Source of the DNA: Thermoproteota archaeon
GTDB lineage: Archaea; Thermoproteota; EX4484-205; JAAOZP01
Length of the DNA: 64,000 bases
Assembly: GCA_038848185.1 (NCBI GenBank)
Contig: JAWCNV010000006.1
Span: forward strand, 16,315-80,314
Direction: 5' to 3'
Shown: positions 18,598 through 28,739 of the stretch, one piece after another
How the letters are laid out: each line of letters starts with the position of its first letter
Numbering within the stretch: position 1 is the stretch's first letter
Position numbers and translations under genes: made by a program
The notes under the pieces: generated by a model
The model's database searches: none
Seen by the model: the letters and a program-made list of their open reading frames with translations, nothing else
What the model was told of the DNA's origin: nothing

Positions 18598-20958
18598 TTA
18601 TCTTCGCACTTGGATGATTATGCTAGCAGTAGGAACCCCGTCTGTGGCAGCGGTGAGAACGATTTCTCCCGGTTCACCGTTGGCACGGACAACTACCATT
18701 GCACGCCCCTCATGAACTCTACGCTGATTCCCAACATACATTTCTTCAGAAACTGGGTTGCCAGTGCCCACGGCCACTATAGAACCAACACCATAGGCAG
18801 TGAAATAAATATTGTTGGTTGCGTTATGGCAAATATTTCCTGAAGAATCCACCAGCTCCACGGTAACATAAGATAGGTCTCCGAATTCTGCCTTTAACAC
18901 ATTGCGGTCAGGTTTCAGACGAATATTTGCAGGTTTCCCTGCTGTTCTCAACACAGTGCGGGAGGCTTCAACACCCTTCTCGTATCCGACTGCCACTAGT
19001 TCACCAGGCTCGTAGACAATCCTGAAGGAAGCAATATACCGGTTGGGCTTCCCCGCTGGTTTTCGACCTAGTGACCTACCGTTGAGTAAGAGTTCAACCT
19101 CGCTGTTGAGGCTGTATACGTCTACCATTATCGGCTTACCCTCGTAACCCGGCCAAGTCCATGAGGATACCACATCAGGCCAGCCCCAGAGTGAGATATG
19201 AGGTTTCTTATTGTAATTCTCTGGTTTATGAACCGCGATATATGGGGCTTTAGATATCCCCCAAACGCAGTCACGGTAGTATGATTGAGGCCTTTTGAAG
19301 CCACAAATATCAATGTCTCCGCAGAATGCTTGGTGCCAAGGATATGATCCTAGAAATGGAAACTCGCCTTCTTCATAACTGACCCGTCCAATACCGGCTT
19401 CACCAAGATAGTCTAGAGCAGTCCAGACGAAATCACCGATGACATAGGGTAGTTTTTCAACCGCTTCCCAGTAGTCGTAAACCATCTGAGGGAAGCTCTC
19501 CGTACAGCATATTATACGATTGGGAAAGGTTTTTCCATCGCTATCGTAGCGATGCAGCATATAGTTGTAGCCTACCACATCCAGAGGCTCTGTGAACTTG
19601 GAAGAATGCTCAATCCAGAGTTCGTCAGGAATTCTCCGGTCAGAAGATTCGACCAAAGAGTAGAGAGAAGATTCGGTCAGAGCACTTGTAATAGCCCTCG
19701 TATTATCTAGGCTACGGATAAATTCCGCCAATCTGCGTGAATAAGCATAGCCCTCGGAGAATCCGGTTAATTCCGGGATTTCATTGCCAATCGACCACAT
19801 GATGATGCATGGATGATTACGGTCGCGAAGAATCATGGAAGCCAGGTCTCTCTGCCACCACTCCTCGAAATACATACTGTAATCATTAGGGTTTTTAGAC
19901 TCACGCCAGCAATCGAAGATCTCGTCTATTACCAGCATGCCCAGCTTGTCGCAAGCATCTAGAAAAGCCGGGGAGGGCGGGTTGTGGGCGCACCTTACTG
20001 CATTGTAACCATTAGCTTTAAGCAGCTCAACCTTGCGCTCCTCAGCCCGGTCATATGACGCTGCTCCAAGCAGCCCACAGTCATGGTGTACACATCCTCC
20101 CCTAAGCTTAATGGGTACACCGTTCAATTGGAAGCCTTTTTTCACGTCGAAAGATATGGAGCGGATTCCCACATTAGTCTTAGTCCTGTCAACAACTGTG
20201 CCATCCCGTATAACTTCACTTCTCAGAATATAAAGGAACGGATTCTCCAAGGACCAGAGTTTTGGAGAAGACACCTTGAGGCCCTGAGCAGCCTCAGCTG
20301 AACCGCCGGCAGGAGCCTTCAGTTCAACTTCTCCTTTTGCAACTTCTAGACCTGAGGCTGTCAGCAGCGTTGAACGGACAGTGACACTGGCTGCTGTGGG
20401 ACCAGTATTTTCAACAGTGGTCTTAACTGAAACAATAGAGGCGTCGGAGGAAACTTTTGGAGTCGTCACATAAACACCCCAAGGAGGAATGTAGATTTTC
20501 TCGCCGACCAGCAACCATACATGGCGGTAAATACCTGAGCCACTGTACCAACGGGTATTTGGGTGAGCACTATTATTCACAAAGACACGGATTTTATTAT
20601 CCCGACCATGAAGCAAATAAGGCGTCACATCGCAAAGGAAACTGGTGTAACCATAGGGGTGTCTGGCCACAAGATTGTTGTTGAAATGCACCGCAGCATT
20701 CATATATACGCCTTCAAACTCGAGAAGGATTTTCTTATCCTTCCAATCCTCAGGGACGAATAGTGTTTTTTCATAAGTCGCCATGCCTCCTGGAAAAAAG
20801 CCGTTAGCAGCACCCGCAGGTGCATTTGGATCACGTTTTTGAATAATGCTGAAATCATGAGGTAAATCCACGATTATTCTTTCAGCCTGCTTTGCGAACG
20901 AGCCTTGGGCTACGCCAAAATTGAAAAACCATTGCCTATCCAGATTATATCGCTTCAT
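18598..20958 (-). CDS. Glycoside hydrolase family 2 (beta-galactosidase/beta-glucuronidase-like)
   Basis: 786 aa. N-terminal sugar-binding domain. 'GIYRHVWLL' and the 'WSIGNE' acid/base region are typical of GH2. Confidence 0.8.
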   Translation of the reverse strand: MKRYNLDRQWFFNFGVAQGSFAKQAERIIVDLPHDFSIIQKRDPNAPAGAANGFFPGGMATYEKTLFVPEDWKDKKILLEFEGVYMNAAVHFNNNLVARHPYGYTSFLCDVTPYLLHGRDNKIRVFVNNSAHPNTRWYSGSGIYRHVWLLVGEKIYIPPWGVYVTTPKVSSDASIVSVKTTVENTGPTAASVTVRSTLLTASGLEVAKGEVELKAPAGGSAEAAQGLKVSSPKLWSLENPFLYILRSEVIRDGTVVDRTKTNVGIRSISFDVKKGFQLNGVPIKLRGGCVHHDCGLLGAASYDRAEERKVELLKANGYNAVRCAHNPPSPAFLDACDKLGMLVIDEIFDCWRESKNPNDYSMYFEEWWQRDLASMILRDRNHPCIIMWSIGNEIPELTGFSEGYAYSRRLAEFIRSLDNTRAITSALTESSLYSLVESSDRRIPDELWIEHSSKFTEPLDVVGYNYMLHRYDSDGKTFPNRIICCTESFPQMVYDYWEAVEKLPYVIGDFVWTALDYLGEAGIGRVSYEEGEFPFLGSYPWHQAFCGDIDICGFKRPQSYYRDCVWGISKAPYIAVHKPENYNKKPHISLWGWPDVVSSWTWPGYEGKPIMVDVYSLNSEVELLLNGRSLGRKPAGKPNRYIASFRIVYEPGELVAVGYEKGVEASRTVLRTAGKPANIRLKPDRNVLKAEFGDLSYVTVELVDSSGNICHNATNNIYFTAYGVGSIVAVGTGNPVSEEMYVGNQRRVHEGRAMVVVRANGEPGEIVLTAATDGVPTASIIIQVRR

Positions 20959-21309
20959 CAGTTAACAGCCTCCTATTCTGCAAGCCTTATTTTTATTTTT
21001 TACCTAATAAAATTCACCTTGTAGGCTTCCGCTTACCCTTTATAAGGATGTGATAAACCCGGTTTACGCTTATAGGCTTGTACCCTACTGAACATAGCTT
21101 CCTTGACATACCACGCGCAGCCTTAACATCACCCTGTTGAATCACACATCGCTTACAGCTTAACGACATAATCCGTATATAATTGCTTACCATTCTTTGG
21201 TTATTTTCTTAGCCTGCTTACGATACGTTTGTGGCTTAGACGAAGAAACCCGAAGCAAGATGTATGCCGATAGTAGAGCAGCAGAATTTTAAATGATGAG
21301 GAACCTGCA

Positions 21310-22698
21310 TCATCCGAATAGGGTTGTTATGCTTTCCGGCGGAACGGCCACATCTAGCAGGTTATTAGATACTGTTATATCGCCAATATAAGCACAGTTT
21401 TCAGATTTTGATGTACGGTACTGTTTGAATAACAGGGGTGAAACGTTTTTCAGATTTATTTTCATGTTGATAGTATCTTGACTCTCGTTTATGATAATGA
21501 TCGTCACATGATTATCAGCCTCATTAAGATATGCAGAGACCAGTATTTTCTGAATATTGGATGCAGCATATATTCTTCTCGATCCTGGAGTGATGAACCC
21601 AGAATATTGTTTTACAGCATAGAATGTCGGATTAACCCTATAGCTATTGTCACTAGGGTTTACGCTAATCAAACCGCCTTTCATGTACCAGAATAAGCCC
21701 CATACAAAGTATGCAGAGGCGTTTTCAACAGTTAGCACATTATGTATATGGTGAGCTGTAGCAAGCGCCTCCTTAAACGTTCCGATATTAGCGTCTTCCG
21801 AACAGCTGTATTCTGTCTGCCATACCGGTCTTTTGAACTGAGCACCGTATCCTGCAATAGTTTCCATCTGAATGGTCTCCTCATCCGGGTTGAAGAAGCT
21901 GACGTCATAAAGATGGTGAGCAAAAACCTCCACGTATTGAGCAGCCTCCGCATCATACATTATAAGAGGTATATATCTTACAGCGCCGGAGCAACCTGCA
22001 GCTTCGGGAACCATTATTTTCGTTGATAAACCCTCAGCCCTAAACTTAGCACCCACGATCTTGATAAGGTCCCTTAGTTGCTCAGGGGTATATGTACATG
22101 TTTCCCACTTATCGGTTGAAAAATCAGGTTCATTCTGCAGGCTTATCCAGCCTATATCTATACCAAAGCGATTTTTATACCCTATTATGTAGGCAGCTAG
22201 AAACTCTGCGAATTCCTCGTACATTTCAGGAAGAAGATAACCTCCTCCTTTCTCCTCACCCGTGTTCTTCATCCATCTGGGTGGACTCCACACAGAAGCC
22301 ATGAATTTCGTAACCCCCCTTTCCTTAGCTTGTTGTGCATTCCAAATCTGCCTATCACTCGCTATGCTGAAATGGAATGCGTCCCAATTAAAGTTATTAG
22401 GGTCAGCATCATCGTTAACCCTTTCAACATCAGTCCACACCCTTAACCGGTAGATGCTTATACCAAGGTCGGAGAACAATAGGTCAAGAACCTTTGTTCT
22501 ACTAGGCTCTTTCAAGAGCATTACTGATGATTCATAATAAGCTCCGGATCCCCCGAAACCTTCAATCTCTTGATATTTTATCGAGCCATCAACTGTCACC
22601 ACATTCTCTTTAGATACTACCCCAGTTCCTAAGAAAAAGATAATTGCAGCAGAGGTTGCTGACAACAGGATTACGATTAAAGATTTCTTCAAAGCCAT
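21310..22698 (-). CDS. Glycoside hydrolase family 30 (xylanase/glucosylceramidase-like), secreted
   Basis: 462 aa. N-terminal signal/TM segment. 'GFGGSGAY', 'LQNEPD' (acid/base Glu) and 'WQTEYS' (nucleophile Glu) match the GH30 pattern. Confidence 0.75.
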   Translation of the reverse strand: MALKKSLIVILLSATSAAIIFFLGTGVVSKENVVTVDGSIKYQEIEGFGGSGAYYESSVMLLKEPSRTKVLDLLFSDLGISIYRLRVWTDVERVNDDADPNNFNWDAFHFSIASDRQIWNAQQAKERGVTKFMASVWSPPRWMKNTGEEKGGGYLLPEMYEEFAEFLAAYIIGYKNRFGIDIGWISLQNEPDFSTDKWETCTYTPEQLRDLIKIVGAKFRAEGLSTKIMVPEAAGCSGAVRYIPLIMYDAEAAQYVEVFAHHLYDVSFFNPDEETIQMETIAGYGAQFKRPVWQTEYSCSEDANIGTFKEALATAHHIHNVLTVENASAYFVWGLFWYMKGGLISVNPSDNSYRVNPTFYAVKQYSGFITPGSRRIYAASNIQKILVSAYLNEADNHVTIIIINESQDTINMKINLKNVSPLLFKQYRTSKSENCAYIGDITVSNNLLDVAVPPESITTLFG

Positions 22699-22818
22699 AT
22701 TTGTGGTCCTTCTAAGGAAAATAAATCTTTTCTTTTTACTTATTCTTGACTAATACGCTCATTCATAAACACAGAACTTATCATGAGTGTAACAAGTTTT
22801 ATTCATCTCGCAGAGAAC

Positions 22819-22828
22819 TTTTATATAA
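22819..22828 (+). promoter_or_regulatory. Archaeal TATA box (TTTATATAA) for the GH10 gene; leaderless or near-leaderless transcript expected
   Basis: 'ttttatataa' lies about 23 nt upstream of the ATG at 22851, in the divergent GH30/GH10 intergenic region. Confidence 0.5.
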
Positions 22829-22850
22829 AAGTTTTGGATACTAATGCAGG

Positions 22851-23987
22851 TTGAATAGGAAAATGATAGGTATAGTTGTAGCAACATCCATACTAGTGCT
22901 TTGCATAGTAGGTTTTGCGGTCTGGCAGAAACCCGGAGAAACAACAGATAATGTTAACCCACAGGACACTATAAACTCCAATGGGGAAATGCTTGAAAAC
23001 CATACTCTGCGACAGTTAGCAGATCAGTGTAACATAATGATCGGAACATGTGTAAGCTATAATGCTTTGAAGCGTGACAGTGTTTACAGGAATATCCTGG
23101 CTCAAGAGTTTAACATAGTTACGCCAGAAAACGAGTTGAAATTTGAACCTGTGCACCCGGCTCCTACACGCTACGTTTTTCAGCAGGCAGATGAAATCAT
23201 TTCTTTTGCAGAAGCTAACGGTATGAAAGTTAGGGGTCATACACTTGTCTGGCATAATCAGCTTCCTCAATGGATAACAAAGGGAGAATATACGAAGGAG
23301 GAGTGGGTTGAAATATTGAGGGAACACATACATACGGTTGTCGAAAGATACCGTGGAAGAATATATGCTTGGGATGTTGTGAACGAGGCTTTTAGCGATG
23401 ATGGTAAGCTTAGGGAGACTGTTTGGCTAAAAAACATCGGTCCTGAATATATCGAGCTGGCCTTCAGGTGGGCGCATGAAGCTGATCCTGATGCACTCTT
23501 ATTCTATAATGATTATGGCATAGAGGGGGTTAATGAGAAGTCTAACGCTGTCTACAACTTCATCAGGGAGCTTCTGAATAAGGGTGTTCCAATACACGGC
23601 GTAGGTCTTCAGATGCATATTGGTTTGGAGTGGTATCCTGATCCATCGAGCATTGCTGAAAACATTAGGAGGTTCAGGGAACTCGGCCTCAAGGTTGAAA
23701 TAACGGAGATGGATGTTAGGATTAAGCTTCCTGCTTCGAATGATGATCTTGCCAGGCAAGCAGAAATATACAAGAATATTTTGAAGACGTATCTAGATAG
23801 CGATAGCCCGGATGCGTTCATACTGTGGGGTTTTACAGATAAATATTCTTGGGTATCTTACTCCTTCTCCGGATACGGATCAGCCGTGATCTTCGACGAG
23901 TCCTATGAGCCTAAGCCAGCCTACTACGCCTTGAAAGAAGCCATGTGGGAGAAGATTCAATCGGGCAATACGGGTGGAACAGGATAA
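22851..23987 (+). CDS. Glycoside hydrolase family 10 endo-1,4-beta-xylanase, membrane-anchored/secreted
   Basis: 378 aa. N-terminal TM segment. 'TPENELKFE', 'GHTLVWHNQLPQW', 'WDVVNEAF' (acid/base) and 'ITEMDV' (nucleophile) are canonical GH10 blocks. Confidence 0.9.
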   Translation: MNRKMIGIVVATSILVLCIVGFAVWQKPGETTDNVNPQDTINSNGEMLENHTLRQLADQCNIMIGTCVSYNALKRDSVYRNILAQEFNIVTPENELKFEPVHPAPTRYVFQQADEIISFAEANGMKVRGHTLVWHNQLPQWITKGEYTKEEWVEILREHIHTVVERYRGRIYAWDVVNEAFSDDGKLRETVWLKNIGPEYIELAFRWAHEADPDALLFYNDYGIEGVNEKSNAVYNFIRELLNKGVPIHGVGLQMHIGLEWYPDPSSIAENIRRFRELGLKVEITEMDVRIKLPASNDDLARQAEIYKNILKTYLDSDSPDAFILWGFTDKYSWVSYSFSGYGSAVIFDESYEPKPAYYALKEAMWEKIQSGNTGGTG

Positions 23988-24118
23988 GACTTATTTAAGC
24001 ACTTGATAAAGCACGATATTTTTAGAGCCATTTACTGTAGGAGTTAAGTGGACGAACTGTTCTTATTGTGGTTTTTAACCTGTGATTAGTATTTTAAGAG
24101 AAAAAAAGAAGGGGATTT

Positions 24119-24466
24119 TTAGATTAGCATAAACACTCCAATTCCGATTAGAGCCAGTATTATGCCTATGATTATGAAGATTATTACCGCAAGAATAGCT
24201 ATGGCAAAAGCCTGTATCCATCCGCAGTCAAAGAAGTGCTTTATCAACGCCAGCCAAACTATAAACATAACCAGAGCCGCAACCAAGCCGCTAAGGAAAA
24301 CACCAACTATTACACCTAGGACTACTCCGAGAACAACAATCCAGATCGCATCTGTGAATTTAGCCTTGCCTTTGCCTGCGATCAGCCTTCCAGCAATCCA
24401 CAATACTGGAGCAACTATTATGACATTTACTATGACCCTTATCAAAAATGCTGTTATATCTATCAT
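24119..24466 (-). CDS. Small integral membrane protein (3-4 TM helices)
   Basis: 115 aa, almost entirely hydrophobic helices. No other motif. Confidence 0.4.
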   Translation of the reverse strand: MIDITAFLIRVIVNVIIVAPVLWIAGRLIAGKGKAKFTDAIWIVVLGVVLGVIVGVFLSGLVAALVMFIVWLALIKHFFDCGWIQAFAIAILAVIIFIIIGIILALIGIGVFMLI

Positions 24467-24666
24467 GTCTTATCCTCCTTTTCACAATATTGATATTGTC
24501 CGCTAGATTTAAAGTTTTATTAGCCTAAAGCAGCTCCACTAATGGAATCTGCATTTTAATAAGAATTTTTTAAATAAATATTTCACGGAGAGACCCCTAA
24601 AACATCCTGTCAAAGATAAGAAGATAACACCAATAAACAAAAACATTTTAATGCATACTGAAAATT

Positions 24667-24753
24667 CGTCGAGGGCGGGATTTGAACCCGCACGGCCCGT
24701 GTGGGCCACGAGCTTAGCAGGCTCGCGCCTTAACCAGGTTTGGCTACCTCGAC
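24667..24753 (-). tRNA. tRNA-Ser (anticodon GCU), long variable arm
   Basis: Reverse complement folds with acceptor GTCGAGG/CCTCGAC, anticodon stem CGAGC with loop CTGCTAA, variable arm GGCCC-ACAC-GGGCC, T-arm GCGGGTTCAAATCCCGC. 87 nt. Confidence 0.85.
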
Positions 24754-24922
24754 ATGATTCCAACTAGTGTGAGTATACGGCTAGATAAAAATTTATCCGT
24801 TTGCCGAGCGTTTCAAATTTGAATAAGGATAGAATAGGGAGAAATATCCTTTTAAAATGCTCTTCTTTTTGACATTATGTTCGTTTAATCCTTTAATACT
24901 TAGTAGGTAGTTTGAATCATGT

Positions 24923-27900
24923 ATGGAGAAAAGAAAGGTTGTTAAGAGGGATGGGAGGATTGTTGATTTCGACCCTGTTAGGATTAGGAATGCTGTTATG
25001 AAGGCTATGCTTAGTGTAAAGCAGTATGACGAGGAGACTCTGGAGAAAGTTGTCAGCTACGTTTTAGGCTTTTTAAACGAGAGGTATGAGCAGGGTGTGA
25101 CCCCACATGTTGAGGACATACAGGACTTGGTGGAGTTTACGCTTGTGAAGTTTGACCTCTACGATGTTGCGAAAGCGTATATTCTTTACAGGAAGGAAAG
25201 GGAGAGAATAAGGGAGGAGAAGAAGGCGCTTCTCCAGAAGGATTTCATAGATGAGGTTGACAAGGAGTTTTCAGTCAACGCGATCAGGCTGATGGCGAGC
25301 CGTTACCTGCTTAAGGATGAGGAGGGGAAGCTTGCGGAAACGCCGAAGCAAATGTTTCAACGGGTTGCTATGGCAATTGTGATACCGGATATACTTCATG
25401 ACCCAAAGGTATTTCTTAAGGACGGAGGTTTACCAGTTTCCCCACGTGAAGAGTTTAACGCTGAATCTTACGCTAACAGGTTTGGCCTCGGAAAGAACGG
25501 TGACGGCTATACTGTTACTTGGAACAGTCATCATCTGGAGCGTATGAAGACGCTTTACGACGAGCTTAATTCACATGGTGAAATGAAGGTTTCTTGGAGC
25601 GATTTCCTGAGGATGCTGGGTTCAGGAGAATTCGAGAATTACTACAATGATTTCAAAGAGTATTATGATCTCATGGTTTCTAAAAGGTTCATGCCGAATT
25701 CACCGACGTTGTTCAACGCTGGAACAAGGCTCGGCCAACTCTCCGCGTGCTTCGTGCTCGACATAGAGGACAATATTGAGTCAATCATGAATGCGGCGAC
25801 TCAGGCAGCAATTATTTTCAAATCCGGTGGCGGAGTGGGAATAAACTATTCTAAGCTGAGGCCTGCCGGGGACATTGTGTCCAGCACTTCAGGAGTGGCA
25901 AGCGGCCCAGTCTCCTTCATGAGGATAATAGATACTGTTACTGATGTGGTGAAGCAAGGAGGTAAGAGGAGAGGGGCGAACATGGGGATTCTCGAGGTTA
26001 ATCACCCTGATATAGAGACGTTCATAACGGCGAAGTCTGAACGAGGAAGGCTTGAAAACTTCAACATATCTGTAATTGTCGGAGAAGATTTCTGGGATTA
26101 CCTTGATAAGGATGCTCCATATCCTCTTGTGAACCCTAGGGACGGAAGAACCTGGAAGACTGTTCAAGCTAAAGAAGTTCTCCGTAAGATGAGCGAGATG
26201 GCTTGGAGGACTGGCGACCCAGGTGTCATATTCCTCGACAACATTAATAGGAGGAACATGCTAGCGAAGCATAAGGGACCCATAAGATCAACCAACCCAT
26301 GCGTCTCCGGTGACACGAGGATTCTTACTCCTGATGGATGGATTAGGGCTGACGAGCTGTTTCATAAGGCTAGGCTTTCTGGTCAAGTTAAGGCTGTAGC
26401 AATCGATGAAGACCTGTTAGGTGATGGAGGTGAGCCACAAGCTTACAGGACGAAGCTAGTAACTATAGAAGGAGAAGAAGTAGTATACAGAACGGTTCAT
26501 GGAGAGGAATTGAATCTTCCCGTTCCTAGGGAAGCAGAGGCTTGGGTCTGGCATGTGGGTAAGAAGCCGGGTTTAGTGGTGAGGACAGAGGAAGGGTATG
26601 AATTGACTGTTACTTACGATCACAAGTTACTGACTCAAGAAGGGTGGAAAAAGGCCAAGGATCTTGCACCAGGAGATAAAGTATTGGCCAGCAGGCTTCA
26701 TCCATGGTTCCTAGAGTATGTTTACAAGGGGAGCTACAATCTTGATGAGGATGTATCGTTCGTATTAGGGTGGCTTGTTGGAGACGGCTCATTCAACAAA
26801 CATTACATTGCTTGGTTTTTCAACGAGGACGATAAAGCAGCCGAGGAATGCATAAGAAGAGGGATAGAGAAGATTGGAGGTAACCCATTATCCCACACTT
26901 ATGTTATAAGTAAGAGCGAGCATAAGATACAGTATAATAAGGACTCCACTGTATACAAGAATATGATGAATCTCATGGGTTCCTTGATGGAGAAGAGTAG
27001 GAATAGAAGATTTCCAGAGGTCATTTGGAAGCTAAGCCCCAGATCTTTAGCATTCTTTCTCAAGGGGCTCTTTACTGCTGACGGGTATGTAGATAACGAT
27101 AGGGCGGTGAGGCTGACGAGTGCCAGCTTACAAATACTTAAGGAGGCTCAACTACTTCTAACAATCTTTGGCATAGCATCCAGAATCTATGAGAGACCAT
27201 ATGAAGGAGAATTCCACTATGTTACCAAGGATGGTGAAGAAAGGAGTTACACGGCTTCTAGTTACTACGAGTTAGTGATAAACGGGTATAGTAGGAGGAT
27301 ATTTAAAGAACTTATAGGTTTTGAAAATATAAGTAAGCTTGAGAAACTTTCCCTAAAAAAGACTAAAAGAGATTCTTTACTAGTGACCGTGTCCTCCCTC
27401 GAAGATGTAGGGCGGGTAGATTTTTACGATTTTACAGTTCCAGCTTATCATAAATACATAGGAAACGGTTTTATAAACCACAATTGCGGTGAGGAACCAT
27501 TATACCCTTACGAATCCTGTAACCTTGGCTCGATAAACCTGTATGCCTTCGTAAAAAGGAATGGGAAAGAAACCTATTTCGATTGGGAGGAGTATTGTAA
27601 CACGATTAGGATTGCCCTGAGGTTTCTGGATAATGTGATAGACGTGAACAGGTTTCCAATACCTGAGATAGAGCGTGAAACTAAACAAACTAGAAAGGTG
27701 GGCTTAGGAGTCATGGGACTGGCAGACATGCTTTTCGCCCTTAGAATACCCTATAATAGTGAGGAGGGCTTTAAGATGATGAACATGGTAGCTGAACACT
27801 TAACCTTCTACGCCATCAGAGAGTCCTGCAGGCTTTCTAAGGAGCGGGGCCCATTCCCCCTATACCCTGACTCGTCCTACCCGGATGGCGAGATGCCTGT

Positions 27901-28726
27901 TGAAGGCTTTTACCATAAGGAGTGGCAGACACTTCCCTGGCAGGAGCTCCAGCAGGAGGTAAAAAGGTTCGGAGTAAGGAATGCTGAAGTAACAACTATC
28001 GCGCCAACAGGCTCAATCTCGATGCTGGCAGACGTTTCCTCCGGTATAGAGCCTCAGTTCGCCCTCATATATGAGAAGAGGGTTAGCATGGGAACATTCT
28101 ACTATGTTGACGCAGAGTTTGAGAAGACTCTTAATGAGAACGGGCTTTACGAGGAGAAGATGCTTAAACTGATTTCAGATAACGGCGGGTCGCTAGTAGG
28201 GCTTGACCCTATTCCAAGGGAATTAGCTGATGTTTTCCTAGTTGCCTACGACATACCTTGGTGGGACCATGTTAGGGCACAGGCAGAGTTTACGAAGTGG
28301 ATCTGTGCCGCGGTGAGCAAGACGATAAATATGCCTAACTGGGTTACTGTTGAAGATGTTGAGAAGGCCTTTATGCTGGCGCATGCTATGGGGGTTAAAG
28401 GCGTAACGATCTACCGGGATGGGTCTCTTCCTACGCAAGTTCTTGTTACACCGTCCTCTAAACTCGGGAGATACGTGAAGACCTTCAACAACTCGACTAT
28501 TAAGATGGCGGAGTCTCTAGGAATAGAGATAAAGGTATATGCGGGGGAAATTACAAATCCTCCTTCCGGAAAGATGATGCCGGAGAAGCCTGTTCTGATT
28601 CTTGAAAGAAACACTGCTCCAAGCAGCTACACGGAGTGTCCGAATTGCGGCAGTAAGCGTCTTACTAGGGAGGGGGGGTGTCTTCACTGTCTCGACTGCG
28701 GGTGGAGCATATGTCCTGTGGCTTAG
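24923..28726 (+). CDS. nrdJ: Ribonucleoside-diphosphate reductase, class II adenosylcobalamin-dependent (NrdJ), intein-containing precursor
   Basis: N-terminal ATP-cone ('VVKRDGRIVDFDPVRIRNAV'). Class II RNR core. Active-site 'STNP|C...HN|CGEEPL' split by a 395-aa insertion. C-terminal Cys4 zinc ribbon 'CPNCG...CLHCLDCG'. 1267 aa including intein. Confidence 0.9.
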   Translation: MEKRKVVKRDGRIVDFDPVRIRNAVMKAMLSVKQYDEETLEKVVSYVLGFLNERYEQGVTPHVEDIQDLVEFTLVKFDLYDVAKAYILYRKERERIREEKKALLQKDFIDEVDKEFSVNAIRLMASRYLLKDEEGKLAETPKQMFQRVAMAIVIPDILHDPKVFLKDGGLPVSPREEFNAESYANRFGLGKNGDGYTVTWNSHHLERMKTLYDELNSHGEMKVSWSDFLRMLGSGEFENYYNDFKEYYDLMVSKRFMPNSPTLFNAGTRLGQLSACFVLDIEDNIESIMNAATQAAIIFKSGGGVGINYSKLRPAGDIVSSTSGVASGPVSFMRIIDTVTDVVKQGGKRRGANMGILEVNHPDIETFITAKSERGRLENFNISVIVGEDFWDYLDKDAPYPLVNPRDGRTWKTVQAKEVLRKMSEMAWRTGDPGVIFLDNINRRNMLAKHKGPIRSTNPCVSGDTRILTPDGWIRADELFHKARLSGQVKAVAIDEDLLGDGGEPQAYRTKLVTIEGEEVVYRTVHGEELNLPVPREAEAWVWHVGKKPGLVVRTEEGYELTVTYDHKLLTQEGWKKAKDLAPGDKVLASRLHPWFLEYVYKGSYNLDEDVSFVLGWLVGDGSFNKHYIAWFFNEDDKAAEECIRRGIEKIGGNPLSHTYVISKSEHKIQYNKDSTVYKNMMNLMGSLMEKSRNRRFPEVIWKLSPRSLAFFLKGLFTADGYVDNDRAVRLTSASLQILKEAQLLLTIFGIASRIYERPYEGEFHYVTKDGEERSYTASSYYELVINGYSRRIFKELIGFENISKLEKLSLKKTKRDSLLVTVSSLEDVGRVDFYDFTVPAYHKYIGNGFINHNCGEEPLYPYESCNLGSINLYAFVKRNGKETYFDWEEYCNTIRIALRFLDNVIDVNRFPIPEIERETKQTRKVGLGVMGLADMLFALRIPYNSEEGFKMMNMVAEHLTFYAIRESCRLSKERGPFPLYPDSSYPDGEMPVEGFYHKEWQTLPWQELQQEVKRFGVRNAEVTTIAPTGSISMLADVSSGIEPQFALIYEKRVSMGTFYYVDAEFEKTLNENGLYEEKMLKLISDNGGSLVGLDPIPRELADVFLVAYDIPWWDHVRAQAEFTKWICAAVSKTINMPNWVTVEDVEKAFMLAHAMGVKGVTIYRDGSLPTQVLVTPSSKLGRYVKTFNNSTIKMAESLGIEIKVYAGEITNPPSGKMMPEKPVLILERNTAPSSYTECPNCGSKRLTREGGCLHCLDCGWSICPVA
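26300..27484 (+). mobile_element. Intein with LAGLIDADG homing-endonuclease domain inside nrdJ
   Basis: Begins with Cys ('CVSGDTRILTPDGW', block A). Ends 'FINHN' followed by extein Cys. Two LAGLIDADG motifs ('VLGWLVGDGSF' and 'FLKGLFTADGYV'). In-frame 1185 nt. Confidence 0.9.
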
Positions 28727-28739
28727 GAGGATGAGTTGA

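Noticed and set aside
25889-28614. Several 60-90-aa antisense ORFs within nrdJ/intein.
   Set aside because: Embedded opposite a long, well-supported coding region. No independent support.
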